Source: Lysobacter yangpyeongensis
GTDB lineage: Bacteria > Pseudomonadota > Gammaproteobacteria > Xanthomonadales > Xanthomonadaceae
Length of the DNA stretch: 64,000 nucleotides
Assembly: GCF_042655745.1 (NCBI RefSeq)
Contig: NZ_JBHSNM010000005.1
Span: forward strand, 29,504 to 93,503
Direction: 5' to 3'
Positions 1-12,000 of this stretch are shown piece after piece. The translations under genes and the position numbers were made by a program. The stretch's first letter is position 1. Every line of letters starts with the position of its first letter. The notes below the pieces were generated by a model. The model was given only the letters and a program-made list of their open reading frames with translations. It was not told the origin of the DNA and searched no databases.

Positions 1-107
1 TGGCCGTCATCCGTTCCCGTGAGCCGGTCCCCGTGACCGCTCCGTTCCGTTCCGCGCACGACGTACCCGTCCCGGGTGCGCCATCGCGCCTTTCCCGAGG
101 ACATGCA

Positions 108-1502
108 ATGCGTATCGCGATACTCGCCGCCGCCCTGTTCGCCGCTTCCACCGCCGCCGCCGCGGACAATCCCTGGCACGCAAAGGCGCGCGACCTGTTG
201 CAGCACTCCGTCGCCATTCCGACGGTGGCCGGGCGCGGCAAGGTGCCCGAGCTCGCGCAGTACCTCGCCGACCAGTACAAGGCGGCCGGCTGGGCCGCGG
301 ACGACGTGCACGTGATGCCCTACGACGCGACGCCGGAAAACAAGACCGCGGCGCTGATCGTGCGCTGGCCCGCCGCCGGCAAGGCCACGGCCAAGCCCAT
401 CCTGCTGCTGGCGCACATGGACGTGGTCGAGGCATTGCCGGCGGACTGGTCGATGGATCCCTTCACGATGGTCGAGAAGGACGGCTACTTCTACGGCCGC
501 GGCACCAGCGACGACAAGATGGGCGTGGTCGCGGTGACCACCGCGCTGATGCAGCTGCGCGCGCAGGGCTTCAGGCCGAAGCGCGACATCGTCGTGCTGT
601 TCACCGGCGACGAGGAGACCACCGGTCGCGGCGCCACGCTCGGCGCGACCCAGTGGCGCTCGCTGCTCGACGCGGAATACGGCCTCAATGCCGACGGCGG
701 CGGTGGCGGCTTCGACCACGATCGCCAGCCGATCGGCTTCACCCTGCAGACGGCCGAGAAGACCTACGCGGACTTCGCGTTCACCACGCACAATCCCGGC
801 GGCCACAGCTCCAAGCCGCGCCCGGACAACGCGATCTACGAGTTGTCCGATGCGCTCAATCGCCTGGCCGCGTATCGCTTCGAACCGGCGCTCAACGCCA
901 CCACGCGCGCGTACTTCACCGAGCGGCAGAAGCGCGAGCACGGCGCGCTGGGTGATGCGATGCGCGCGTGGCTGAAGAATCCCGCCGATGGCGCCGCAGC
1001 CGACGTCATCGAAGCCGACACGACCGAAGTCGGCCTGACCCGGACGCGCTGCGTGGCCACCATGCTCGCCGGCGGCCACGCGCCGAATGCCTTGCCGCAG
1101 ACGGCGAAGGCGACGGTGAACTGCCGCATCCTGCCGGGCGTGTCGCCCGATGCGATCCGCGACGAATTGCAGAAGATCGCCGGCGCGAAGGTGGAAGTGA
1201 CGCGGCTGGACGACAACAGGACGTCGCTCGATTCGCCCCTGCGCCCGGACGTGCTCAAGGCGTACACCGACAGCGTGCACGCGCGCTTTCCCGCCGCGCC
1301 GGTGATCCCGGAAATGAGCACGGGCGCCAGCGATGCGCGGCCGTTCCGCGAGGCCGGGATTCCGGTGTACGGGGTCGACGGTTCGTGGGGCATCGTCCCC
1401 GACGACATGCGCGCCCACGGCCGCGACGAACGCCTGCCGGTGCAGGCGCTGGGCGACGACGTGGATCACTGGGTGCGGATGGTGAGCGAACTGGCGGGAT
1501 GA
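108..1502 (+). CDS. Secreted M20-family metallopeptidase (carboxypeptidase G2 / succinyl-DAP desuccinylase-like)
   Basis: ATG at 108 gives signal peptide MRIAILAAALFAASTAAAA; motifs HMDVV and GTSDDKMG typical of M20. Confidence 0.85.
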   Translation: MRIAILAAALFAASTAAAADNPWHAKARDLLQHSVAIPTVAGRGKVPELAQYLADQYKAAGWAADDVHVMPYDATPENKTAALIVRWPAAGKATAKPILLLAHMDVVEALPADWSMDPFTMVEKDGYFYGRGTSDDKMGVVAVTTALMQLRAQGFRPKRDIVVLFTGDEETTGRGATLGATQWRSLLDAEYGLNADGGGGGFDHDRQPIGFTLQTAEKTYADFAFTTHNPGGHSSKPRPDNAIYELSDALNRLAAYRFEPALNATTRAYFTERQKREHGALGDAMRAWLKNPADGAAADVIEADTTEVGLTRTRCVATMLAGGHAPNALPQTAKATVNCRILPGVSPDAIRDELQKIAGAKVEVTRLDDNRTSLDSPLRPDVLKAYTDSVHARFPAAPVIPEMSTGASDARPFREAGIPVYGVDGSWGIVPDDMRAHGRDERLPVQALGDDVDHWVRMVSELAG

Positions 1503-2440
1503 GGGATTTTTTCCCTCTCCCCACAGGCGGGGAGAAGATGAAAGGTGTTTTTCCTCTCCCCGCTTGCGGGGAGAGGGTGCCCAACGGGCGGGTGAGGGGC
1601 GGCGAGCGGAGCGAGCTGCTGTTGTTGTTGCTTTTGCCGTTGCTTTGTCAGGTTCTTCCGGGAAGCAAAAGCCAAGGCAACTCGCTGCGCTCGCTCCCCC
1701 TCATCTGCCCTTCGGGCATCTTCTCCCCGCAAGCGGGGAGAAGAGGAAAGATGTTTTCCCTCTCCCGCTTGCGGGGAGAAGAGGAAAGATGTTTTCCCTC
1801 TTCCGCTTGCGGGGAGAAGAGGAAAGATGTTTTCCCTCTCCCCGCTTGCGGGGAGCGGGTGCCCAACGGGCGGGTGAGGGGCGGCGAGCGGAGCGAGCTG
1901 CTTTTGCTTTTGCCGTTGCTTTGTCAGCTTCTTCCGGGAAGCAAAAGCCAAGGCAACTCGCTGCGCTCGCTCCCCCTCATCTGCCCTTCGGGCATCTTCT
2001 CCCCGCAAGCGGGGAGAAGAGGAAAGATGTTTTCCCTCTCCCGCTTGCGGGGAGAAGCGGAAAGATGTTTTCCCTCTCCCGCTTGCGGGGAGAAGCGGAA
2101 AGATGTTTTCCCTCTCCCGCTTGCGGGGAGAAGAGGAAAGATGTTTTCCCTCTCCCCGCTTGCGGGGAGAGGGTGCCCAACGGGCGGGTGAGGGGCGGCG
2201 AGCGGAGCGAGCTGCTTTTGCTTTTGCCGTTGCTTTGTCAGCTTCTTCCGGGAAGCAAAAGCCAAGGCAACTCGCTGCGCTCGCTCCCCCTCATCTGCCC
2301 TCCGGGCATCTTCTCCCCGCAAGCGGGGAGAAGAGGAAATGCTGGGATGCTCCGGCGCGCGCGGAGAAGCGGAAATGCTGGGCGCGCTCCGTGCAGGGAG
2401 AAGAAGAAAAGCGGCAACTCCGCGGAATCTCCGCTTACCC
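1503..2440. repeat. Complex repeat array: tandem 37-bp hairpin units (CCGCTTGCGGGGAGAAG(A/C)GGAAAGATGTTTTCCCTCT) interleaved with three copies of a ~180-bp palindromic MITE-like element
   Basis: Directly visible periodicity; stem CTCTCCCCGCTTGCGGGGAGAG recurs >15 times; ORFs in all six frames here are artefacts. Confidence 0.8.
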
Positions 2441-2974
2441 CGCCCCCGGCCGCACATGCAGGCCCAGCGCCGCGGCCACCACCGGCAGCGCTTCGTCGTC
2501 GCGCTGGTGGGTGATGAAGCCGGCGTGGTGCTCGCCGCCGGCTTCGTAGGTCCACAGCGTGTAGTGGTGTTCGCGCAGACGGTCGAATGCGGTGGCGATC
2601 AGCGACGGCACTTCCGCATCGGAGAGGAAATCCTCGTCGGCCGGATCCTCCACGCCCCAGTCGATGCGCAGGTTGAAGCGCGCGGCGAGTTCGTCCAGCA
2701 CCTCGATCAGGCCCGCCGGATCCTCGTTCTCGACGAAGAAGCCCGACTTCCAGTCGATCACGTCGCGTAATGCCTCGGCCGCCTCCGTGCCCTCGTCCAG
2801 CGCGTCGCGGCAGGCGGCGAACTGCTGCATCGCCGCATCCTCGTCGCCCGGGTTGATCAGCAGGAGCAACTGCCACGCCAGTGCTTCAATGGCGGCGTCT
2901 TCGTCGATGTCGGCCTCGGGATCGAACGCGCGGGCGAAGTTGTCGTCCGGGTCGTAGTCGCGCTGCGTATTCAT
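2438..2974 (-). CDS. Hypothetical acidic protein (start [11 protein letters not shown])
   Basis: Long ORF with coding-like composition; family not recognised. Confidence 0.5.
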
Positions 2975-3108
2975 GGTTCGAACCTCCTTGCGGGGCACAG
3001 GATAGGCCCATCGCGTCGCGCCGGCGGCGGCGAGCGGGCAGAAACCGACACACGGCGCGCAGCCAGGGCCCGCTATGCTGCGCAGCCGTTTCCTTCACGC
3101 GCCACGCC

Positions 3109-4125
3109 ATGACTCCGATCGATCTGCGCAGCGACACCGTCACCCGCCCCACCGCCGCGATGCGCGAAGCGATGGCGCGCGCCGAGGTCGGCGACGACGT
3201 GTACGGCGAGGATCCGACCGTGAACGCGCTGCAGGAACGCCTCGCCGGCGAGCTGGGCTTCGAGGCCGGACTGTTCGCGCCCAGCGGCACGCAGGCCAAC
3301 CTGCTCGGCCTGCTGTCGCACTGCCAGCGCGGCGACGAATACCTGGTCGGCATGGATGCGCACACCTACAAGTACGAAGGCGGCGGCGCCGCGGTGTTCG
3401 GCTCGATCCAGCCGCAGCCCGTGCTGCATGCCGCCGATGGCACGCTGCCGCTGGACGTGGTCGCGCAGGTGATCAAGCCGCGCGACCCGCATTTCGCGCG
3501 CACACGCCTGCTGTGCCTGGAGAACACCTGGCACGGGCGCGCGCTGCCGCACGCCTATCTGCGCGAGGCGCGCGCGTTGTGCGACCGCCACGGCCTCGCG
3601 CTGCACCTCGACGGGGCGCGCCTGTACAACGCCGCCGTCGCCGATGGCGTGGCGCCGCGCGAAATCGCGTGCCACTTCGACAGCGTCTCGGTGTGCCTGT
3701 CCAAGGGGCTCGGTGCGCCGGTGGGCTCGGTGCTGCTGGGCACGCGCGCCCTGATCGATGAGGCGCGACGCTGGCGCAAGGTCGCCGGCGGCGGCATGCG
3801 CCAGGCGGGGATCCTCGCGGCCGCGTGCCTGCACGCACTCGACCACCACGTCGCGCGCCTGGCCGACGACCACCGCCGCGCCGCCGAACTGGCCGCGGGC
3901 CTGCGCGGCCTGCCCGGCATCGACGTCGTCGCGCAGCACACCAACATGGTGTTCCTCGACATCCCGGCGCCGCGCCTCGCCGCGCTGAAGCAGCACCTGG
4001 ATGCCGCCGCGGTGCGCGTGTCCATCGGTTACACGCCGCGGGTGCGCCTGGTGACACACCTGGACGTCGACGATGCCGGCATCGCCCGCGCGATCGCCGC
4101 GTTCCGGAGTTTCGCCGTCGAGTAA
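3109..4125 (+). CDS. ltaE: Low-specificity L-threonine aldolase
   Basis: N-terminus [15 protein letters not shown]...[12 protein letters not shown] is canonical for threonine aldolase (PLP fold type I). Confidence 0.9.
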   Translation: MTPIDLRSDTVTRPTAAMREAMARAEVGDDVYGEDPTVNALQERLAGELGFEAGLFAPSGTQANLLGLLSHCQRGDEYLVGMDAHTYKYEGGGAAVFGSIQPQPVLHAADGTLPLDVVAQVIKPRDPHFARTRLLCLENTWHGRALPHAYLREARALCDRHGLALHLDGARLYNAAVADGVAPREIACHFDSVSVCLSKGLGAPVGSVLLGTRALIDEARRWRKVAGGGMRQAGILAAACLHALDHHVARLADDHRRAAELAAGLRGLPGIDVVAQHTNMVFLDIPAPRLAALKQHLDAAAVRVSIGYTPRVRLVTHLDVDDAGIARAIAAFRSFAVE

Positions 4126-4453
4126 GGGCACGCAGCGCACGCCGATGTGCGCACGCGTGCTGCGACGCAGCGGCCTCCTGCGCGGTTCGTGCGCAGGCCG
4201 CACCGGATCGGCATCGGCCCGTCGTCGCCCGCAGCGGTGCGGATCCCCCAGTCAGCCACGGTTCCCCCGCCATCCCGCGCCTGAGGCCGTCCGTCACCCC
4301 GGCCAGCCATATCCGCTGACCCTGTGCGCCCCCCCGGATCGGGGGGGCGCGTGCGCGCGGGGGCATTGGTTCACTTGGGCCATAGGGCGGCTGCGACGGC
4401 AGCCGGAGCGTCGCTTTCCATCGCGACATGACGGACACAGGGGACCGGATCGG

Positions 4454-6001
4454 ATGAAGCTGAAGCACGGGGCGTTGTCGTTGGCGTTGTTCGCGGCAAT
4501 CGGAGGGGCGCACGCGGCGGATCGCGGCGGCGCGGTGGAACGGGCCATCGACCACCTGCGCGAACACCGCGCGGCGGCACGGGTCTCCATGCGCGATGGC
4601 TTCATCGCCCGCGATGTGCTGGTCGATGTCGACGGCAGCGAGCACGTGCGCTTCGATCGCACCTACGCCGGCCTGCCGGTGATCGGCGGCGACGTGGTGG
4701 TGCATTCGCGCCACGGCCGCTATCGCGATGCGAGCCTCGGCCAGGCCGAGCGCATCGACCTCTCGATCACGCCGACGCTGCGCGCGGACGAGGCGATCGT
4801 CGCCGCCGGCACCGAATTCGGTTCCGATTTCGCCGGCCTGCCGGAACAGCGCCTGGTGGTCTACGCGCGTGGCAAGGGCCGCGCGCAGCTGGCCTGGCAG
4901 GTGCGCCTGCACAACGCGCAGGCAGACATGACCTACATCGTCGCGGCGAACGCCCGCGCGGCGCGCATCCTCGACCGCTGGAGCAACCTGGAAACCGCGG
5001 CGGCGACCGGTTCGGCGCGCACGCTGTATTCCGGCACCGTCAGCATCGGCACCAACACGGTGACCGGCGGCTACGAGTTGCGCGACGTGCTGCGCGGCAA
5101 GAGCTACACGATCGATGCGTCCAACAGCCGCACGTCCGGCCGCATCTACAAGGACACGGACAACACCTGGGGCGACGGCACCAACGCCGATCCGCTCACC
5201 GTCGCCGCCGAGGCCCATTACGGCACCGCGGTGACCTGGGACTACTACCTCAACATCCACGGCCGCCACGGCATCGCCAACGACGGACGCGGCGCCTACA
5301 ACCGCGTGCATTACGGCCGCACCTACAGCAACGCGTTCTGGAACGACGGCTGCTTCTGCATGACCTACGGCGACGGCGACGGTGTCGTCACCGGGCCGCT
5401 GGTCTCGCTGGACATCGCCGGCCACGAGATGAGCCACGGCGTGACGTCGCGCTCGGCCGGCCTGATCTATTCGGGCGAATCCGGCGGGCTCAACGAAGCC
5501 ACGTCCGACATCCTCGGCACGATGGTGGAGTTCTACGCCAACAACACCCGGGACACGCCCGATTACCTGATCGGCGAGCAGATCTTCAAGGACAACGTCG
5601 CCGGCAGCCCGCCGCAGCGCGCGCTGCGCATGATGTACAAGCCGAGCCTCGACGGCCGTTCGCCCAATTGCTACGTCAGCACGATCGGCAACATGGACGT
5701 GCACTACTCCTCGGGCGTCGCCAACCACTTCTACTACCTGCTCGCCGAAGGCAGCGGCAAGAAGACCTACAGCGGCATCGACCACACCTCGCCGACCTGC
5801 AATGGCGCCACGCTGGCCGGCATCGGTCGGAGCAAGGCGCAGCGGATCTGGTACCGCGCGCTGACGGTGTACTTCACCTCCACCACCAATTACGCCGCCG
5901 CGCGCGTGGCCACGATCAGCGCGGCCAACGATCTGTACGGCGCCACGTCGACGGAAGCCAAGGCCGTCGCCGCCGCGTGGACCGCGGTCGGCGTGAAGTG
6001 A
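4454..6001 (+). CDS. Secreted M4 (thermolysin-like) zinc metalloprotease with propeptide
   Basis: Signal peptide MKLKHGALSLALFAAIGGAHA; HEMSHGVT (HExxH) and GGLNEATSDILG motifs; N-terminal FTP/PepSY-like propeptide. Confidence 0.9.
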   Translation: MKLKHGALSLALFAAIGGAHAADRGGAVERAIDHLREHRAAARVSMRDGFIARDVLVDVDGSEHVRFDRTYAGLPVIGGDVVVHSRHGRYRDASLGQAERIDLSITPTLRADEAIVAAGTEFGSDFAGLPEQRLVVYARGKGRAQLAWQVRLHNAQADMTYIVAANARAARILDRWSNLETAAATGSARTLYSGTVSIGTNTVTGGYELRDVLRGKSYTIDASNSRTSGRIYKDTDNTWGDGTNADPLTVAAEAHYGTAVTWDYYLNIHGRHGIANDGRGAYNRVHYGRTYSNAFWNDGCFCMTYGDGDGVVTGPLVSLDIAGHEMSHGVTSRSAGLIYSGESGGLNEATSDILGTMVEFYANNTRDTPDYLIGEQIFKDNVAGSPPQRALRMMYKPSLDGRSPNCYVSTIGNMDVHYSSGVANHFYYLLAEGSGKKTYSGIDHTSPTCNGATLAGIGRSKAQRIWYRALTVYFTSTTNYAAARVATISAANDLYGATSTEAKAVAAAWTAVGVK

Positions 6002-6083
6002 GCCGCCGGCACGAGCACGAGCACGGGCGTCCGGCAGGGCGCCCATACGCATTCCAATAACAACGTTGCGCCCAGGGGAAGCA

Positions 6084-9000
6084 ATGATCGGTAACGTCAG
6101 CCATACGGCCGCCAGGTCGAGCGGCACGCGTACGTCGCGTGCCAACGCAGCACCCGCAGTCACTCCGATCGTTCGCGCGATCCGCAGCGCGATGGCCGTG
6201 TCGGCCACCGTGCTCGCCCTCTCGGCGCCCGGTGCCTTTGCCGGCACTCCCTGCAGCCATGCCGCGCAGGCGGCGACGCTGCTGTGCAATGCCGACTTCG
6301 CGCGTGCCGATACCGTCGGTGCGACGCCGGTCGATCTGACCTGGGTCGCGGATGGTGACGTGCCGGCCAGCGTGTTGCCGGCCGCACCGGAGCAGGGCGG
6401 CCTGGCCTGGTCCGTCGATGCGGCGCACGTCGCGACCGCCGCGGGCATTGCGCCGGCCGAGGCGTTCGACGATCCGGCGTGGATCGATCAGGCCAACGCG
6501 GATTTCTCTGCGTTCGACTGGATGTCCTCCGGCGCCGATATCGGGGCCGGTTCGACGTTCCTCACGACCAGCAACGCCAGCGACATCAGCGTCCGTGGCG
6601 TGAATCCCGCCGTCGGCCTGTACCTGGGCGACGACGCCGTCAGCCTGGACAACAGCGCCGGCATCAGCGCCAGCGCCGATGCCGACGGCGCCTCGGCGTA
6701 TGCGACGGGCGTGCGTGCATTCGCCTCCGTCGACGATGCGAGCATCGTCAACGGCGGCACGATTTCCGCCGACGCGACGGCCACGGGGTTCCTCGCCTAC
6801 GCCACGGGCGTCTTCAACCAGGCCGTATCGGGGGATGCGAGCCTGGTCAATGATGGCACCATCGCGGCGGACGCCGAGGGCGCCACGTGGACGTTCGCGT
6901 TCGGCGTCTACAACATCGCCTCGGTCTACTACGACAGCTCGCACGTCGACAACCACGGCTCGATCAGCGCGACCGCCAATTCCGGCGGTATCGACTACCA
7001 GCGCGCCTGGGCCGCCGGCGTGCGCGTGAGCAGCGGCTACGCCTTCGAGAGCTACTACAACCCGCAGCCGTCCGGGCACGACGATGTCCTGCTGACCAAC
7101 AGTGGCGACATCCATGCCTCCGCCAGCGTCGACCGCAGCGGCAGCAACGCGCTGGCCTGGGGCGCGATCGCCCAGGCGCTGAATGCCGACGGCACGGCGG
7201 CGATCGAGAACGACGGCACCATCGACGCCTACGCGCGCGCCTCGGCCACCGACGGCGGCGTCTACGCCGTCTTCGCCGATGCGTTGGGTGCCTATGCCAC
7301 CAGCATCGACGGCGCCTCGTCGATCACCAACCACGGCGACATCCTGGCGACGACCCGCGTCACCGGCTTCGGCTACGCACGCTCGATCGGGGCGAAGACC
7401 GGCTACCTCAGCTCCTCGGACGCCAGCGACGGCTACATCCACAACGCCAGCCACATCGGCGCATACGCGAACACCGATGCGGGCTACGCCAGCGCGATCG
7501 GCGCCTCGACCGGCGAACTCAATGGTGTCGGGCACGCGCTGGTCGACAATGCCGCTGGCGCGACCATCACCGCCTCCGCCGACGCCGCCGGTTACGGCGA
7601 AGCCAAGGCCATGGGCATCAGTGCGCGCAGCAACGACGGCGCGGACGTGAACAACGACGGCGTGATCACCGCCTATGCGCGCACCGGCGGCATTGCCGAC
7701 GGGAACGAGGACAGCGCCGCGGCCCGCGGCATCTTCGCCAATGCCATGCACGGCGGCGAGGCCCATGTCAGCAACCAGGGCGATGTGTACGCGACGGCGG
7801 TCGCCGGCGGCGCCGATGCCGAGGCCTTCGCCCTCGCGACCGGCATCCACGTGATCTCCTACGACACCGCCAACGTCGAGAACGCGGGCGATGTCGTCGC
7901 CACCGCGCAAAGCCTGGGCGACGCCTACGCCTACGGCGCGATCAGCACCGGGTACCACTTCGGTTATCTGACCAACACGGTCGACGGCAGTCTCGTCGCA
8001 TCGGCCGTGTCGCTGGACGGCACGGCCCTGGCCGTGGGCGCCTACGCCGCGGGCGGCGATGTCGCCTCGCTCGCCAACTACGGCGACATTTCCGCCGCCG
8101 CCAACAGCGTGAACGGCGACGCGCAGGCCTACGCGGCCTTCGTCTACGGCACCTTCAACGGCATTGGCGTGCTGGTCAATGGCGGCCAGCTGGATGCGAG
8201 CGCCGTCGCCGGCGACGGCGGTGCCGCCGACGCCACCGGCGCGTACGTCATCGCCAATGTCGCCAGCGTCTTCAACGACGCCAGCAGCAACGCGTTCGCC
8301 ACCGCCGGCGCGGGCGGCACGGCCAACGCGCGCGGCGCGCGCGCCTACGGCATGTATTCGTCCGTCTCGAACTATGGCGAGCTGCGTGCGATCGCCAACG
8401 CCGGCGAGGGCGGTACGGCCGACGCGACGGGCGCGAGTTCGTTCGGCTACTACGGCGCGAACGCGTACAACGCCGGCGATATCCTGGCCGCGGCCACGGC
8501 GACCCATGGCGTCGCCAGCGCCACCGGTTCGTACTCGCTGGGCGTGATCTTCAGCGCGTACACGACCAATGCCGGTTCGATCCAGGCCATCGCCAACGGC
8601 GACCAGGCCCAGGCTATGGGCGTGCTCAACGGTTCGACCTACATCGGCAACGCCGTCACCGTGAACGACGGCGACATCACCGCCTCGGCCGTGGGCGGCC
8701 TGGCGCCCTACGGCGAAGCCGAAGCCATCGCCTTCGGCGTCTACAACTTCGCCCAGTACTACGATTCGGTGGTCGACAACCGCGGCTCGGTCTTCGCCTC
8801 GGCGACGGCGACGACGCCGATCGATCCGACCGAGGGCTTCCTGCAGGCCAAGGCCATCGGCGCGATGGCCCTCAACGGCTACGGCATCGGCGACACGCTC
8901 GTCACCAACTCCGGCGAGATCGGCGCGACTGCCATCGTCAGCACGGGCTACGCGGTGGCCTGGGGCGCCGTGGTGCAATCGCCGGGCGTCTACGCCGGCA

Positions 9001-12000
9001 TCGCCCAGGTCGACAACGACGGATCGATCTGGAGTTACGCGCACGTCGATGTGGGCATGGCGATCGCATCCGGTGCCTACACGCTCAACCTGTTCGGCGC
9101 ATCGGAGATCGTCAACCACGGCGACATCGTGGCCACCGCGGATTCCGAAAGCGGCATCAGGGACGTGAGCCTCAACTTCTCGGTCGCCTACGGCGCGCGG
9201 TCGCGCAGCTATTACGGCGCGGCCTCGGTGGCCAATTACGGCCACATTGAGGCGAACGCGTCGGTGTACGGCGGCATCGCGTATTCCTACGGCGTGGTGG
9301 CCTCCGGCCTGGAGACCTCCGTGCACAACGCGGCCGGGGCCGACATCACCGCGGTAGTCGAGGCCGAACGCTTCGGCGGTGCCTTCGCCAACGGCGTCAC
9401 CGCCGGCGGCATGTACGGCGTGGACGTCACCAACGACGGCACCGTCACCGCCTACGCGATGGCGCGCGGTTACCCGGGTTCCTACGGGGCCTCGGGCGCG
9501 ACCGGCATCCTCGCCACAGGCAGCTTCATGGGCGACGCCACCGTGGTGAACAACGGCGTGGTCAACGCCATCTCCCTCGCCGAGGACGCATCGAGCATGC
9601 TCGGCGGCGGCGCCGGCGCGGCCGGCATCGATGCCTACGGCAACGCGGTGGCCGTGGTCAACGCGGGCGACGTCAACGCGATCGCACAGGCGGAGTTCGG
9701 CGTGGTCGGCGCTTCCGGCATCAACGCGCACGGCAAGTACAGCAACGACATCACCAACGCGGCCGGCGCGAGCATCTTCGCCTACGCCTCGGCGGGCACC
9801 CTGCCCGGCGACCCGGATCCGGCCTTCGCGGTCGCCTGGGGCACGCAGACCTGGGGCTCGGACGTCGCCACCACGTACAACGCCGGCAGCATCGTCGCGC
9901 AGGCGGTGGCCACGCCCGACGGATCGCACGGTGGCGGCGCGGCGGCCTACGGCAGCAGCGTCGGCCACTACTCCGGGATCACGACCAGCGCGCTGGTGAA
10001 TCTCGGCGACATCGAGGCCATCGCGCAGGCCGACTTCGGTTACGCGACCGCCTACGGCGCCTTCGTCCACGGCCTGGACGCCGCCACGCTCGCCAACGAC
10101 GGCAGCATCCGTGGCAGCGCCATCGCCGAAGCGGGCAACGCGTTCGCGGTGGGCAGCCACGCCTACGCCTTCAACGCGTCGGTGACCTACAACTGCGATG
10201 CGTACGGCTGCGACTGGTCCAACCCGATGGTCACCATCGAAGGCGGCGATGCCAGCATCGACAATGCCGGCGACATCCTCGCCACCGCCAGCGCGACGGG
10301 CGGCATCGGCTACACCTACGGGGCGTCGACGTTCGCCGCGTTCGCCGCCGGCATCAGCAACACCGGGCACATCACCGCGGTGACGCAGGCCGACGATGCG
10401 CTGGCCACGGCGGTGTTCGCCACCAGCTTCTACCGCGATGCCGGGGTGGTGAACGACGGCGACATCCTCGCCGTGGCCGACGGCACGACCAGCGCGGCCG
10501 CCACCGGCGTCCGGATCACTGCGACCGAAGGCAACGCCAGCGTCGCCAATGCCGGCACGATCACCGCGGCGGCCTACGGCAGCGATGCGGTCGCCACCGC
10601 GGTCTCGCTGGAATCGGGCGGCATCAACCTGCTCGACAACACCGGCACCATCGCCGCCATCGGCGACGGCGAGCGGATTGCGATCGCGGCCGGCACCGGC
10701 AGTGCCGACCTGCGCAACGCCGGCACCGTGATCGGCGCGATCCGCGCCGGCGACGGCGACGACCGCTTCGCCAACGGCGCGGGCGCGATGTGGCACGCGG
10801 TCGGCGAATCCGACTTCGGCGCGGGCGACGACCACATCCTCAACCTCGGCACGCTGTTCCTGGACGACGCCGCGATCCGCCTGGGCGGCTACGCGAGCGG
10901 CAACACCTTCGACAACCTCGGCACGATCTTCGTGGCGGGCGCCGACAACGTGATCGACATGGACAACCCGTTCGCGGTCACCAACGACGGCGTGATCAGC
11001 TTCGTCGACGGCGCGGCCGACGACGTGCTCAGCATCGTCGGCGACTTTGCCGGCGAGGGCGCGATCAATGTCGACGTCAGTGGCCTCGACCAGGCCGGCG
11101 ACCGGGTCTACGTCGACGGCAGCGTGATCGAGCCGACGCTGCAGACGATCAACGTCAACCTGCTCGACCTGCCGGGTGCGGCGCAGTTCGAAGTGCCGCT
11201 GCTGCAAACCACGGGTACCGTCGACGGCGAGTTCGTGCTCGGCAACGTGAACTACGCGCCTGGCGGCTTCCTGACGATGGACTTCCGCCTCAACCAGAGT
11301 GCCGACACGGTTTCGCTCGGCGTCGACGTGGCCGGCCTCAATGCGACCGGTGCGCTGGCCTCGAACATCGCCCCGGGCGTGCACAGCCTGGTCAATGCAC
11401 AGGTCGGCACGTGGCGCCAGCGCATGGGCGTGGTGCCCACCGCGATGGGCGAAGCGGGCCTGGCGCCGTGGCTGCGCGCCTTCAGCGACAGCGGCGACGT
11501 CGATCCGCAGCGCAGCGCCAACTTCGGCGGGGACGGCGCATTCGGCTTCCACCAGTCCAACCACGGCTGGGAACTGGGCCTGGAAACGCGGCCATCCGCG
11601 CACCTCGCCATCGGCGCCCTGCTGGGCACGTCGGAAGGCAGCCAGCACATCGACGGCGCGGGCAGCGACCGCTTCGACGGCAGCAGCTTCGGCCTGTATG
11701 CGACCTGGTTCGCCGACAACGGCTTCTACCTCGACGTCTCGCACCGCTGGACCGGTGTCGACGCGCGCCTGCGCTCGGCGGAAACCACCTACGAAACGCA
11801 GGCGTCGGCGCAGTCGACCAATGTCGAAGCCGGCCTGCGTGCGTGGTCGCTCGGCGGCTTCAACGTGGTGCCGCAGCTGCAGTACACGCACACCCGCATC
11901 GCCGACATCGATGCGCTGAGCAACGGCCAGGCGGAATTCGTCAACGACGGCGGCACCTCCTCGCGGGCGCGGCTGGGCGTGGCGTTCGACCGCACGTTCC

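Noticed and set aside
7-435. 142-aa minus-strand ORF at window start
   Set aside because: Antisense to the M20 peptidase gene; Arg/Pro-rich.
1503-2440. Possible CRISPR array
   Set aside because: Units are contiguous 37-bp repeats without unique spacers and are interleaved with a long palindrome; no cas genes nearby.
968-2514. Multiple 300-400-aa ORFs in all frames across 968-2514 (for example 968..2191, 1564..2514, 1466..2008)
   Set aside because: They run through the tandem or palindromic repeat array and encode repetitive LPLLCQ/GEKRKDVFPLP peptides; this is a repeat artefact, not genes.
3473-6448. 991-aa minus-strand ORF
   Set aside because: Antisense to ltaE and the M4 protease, which carry clear catalytic motifs; Arg-rich low complexity.
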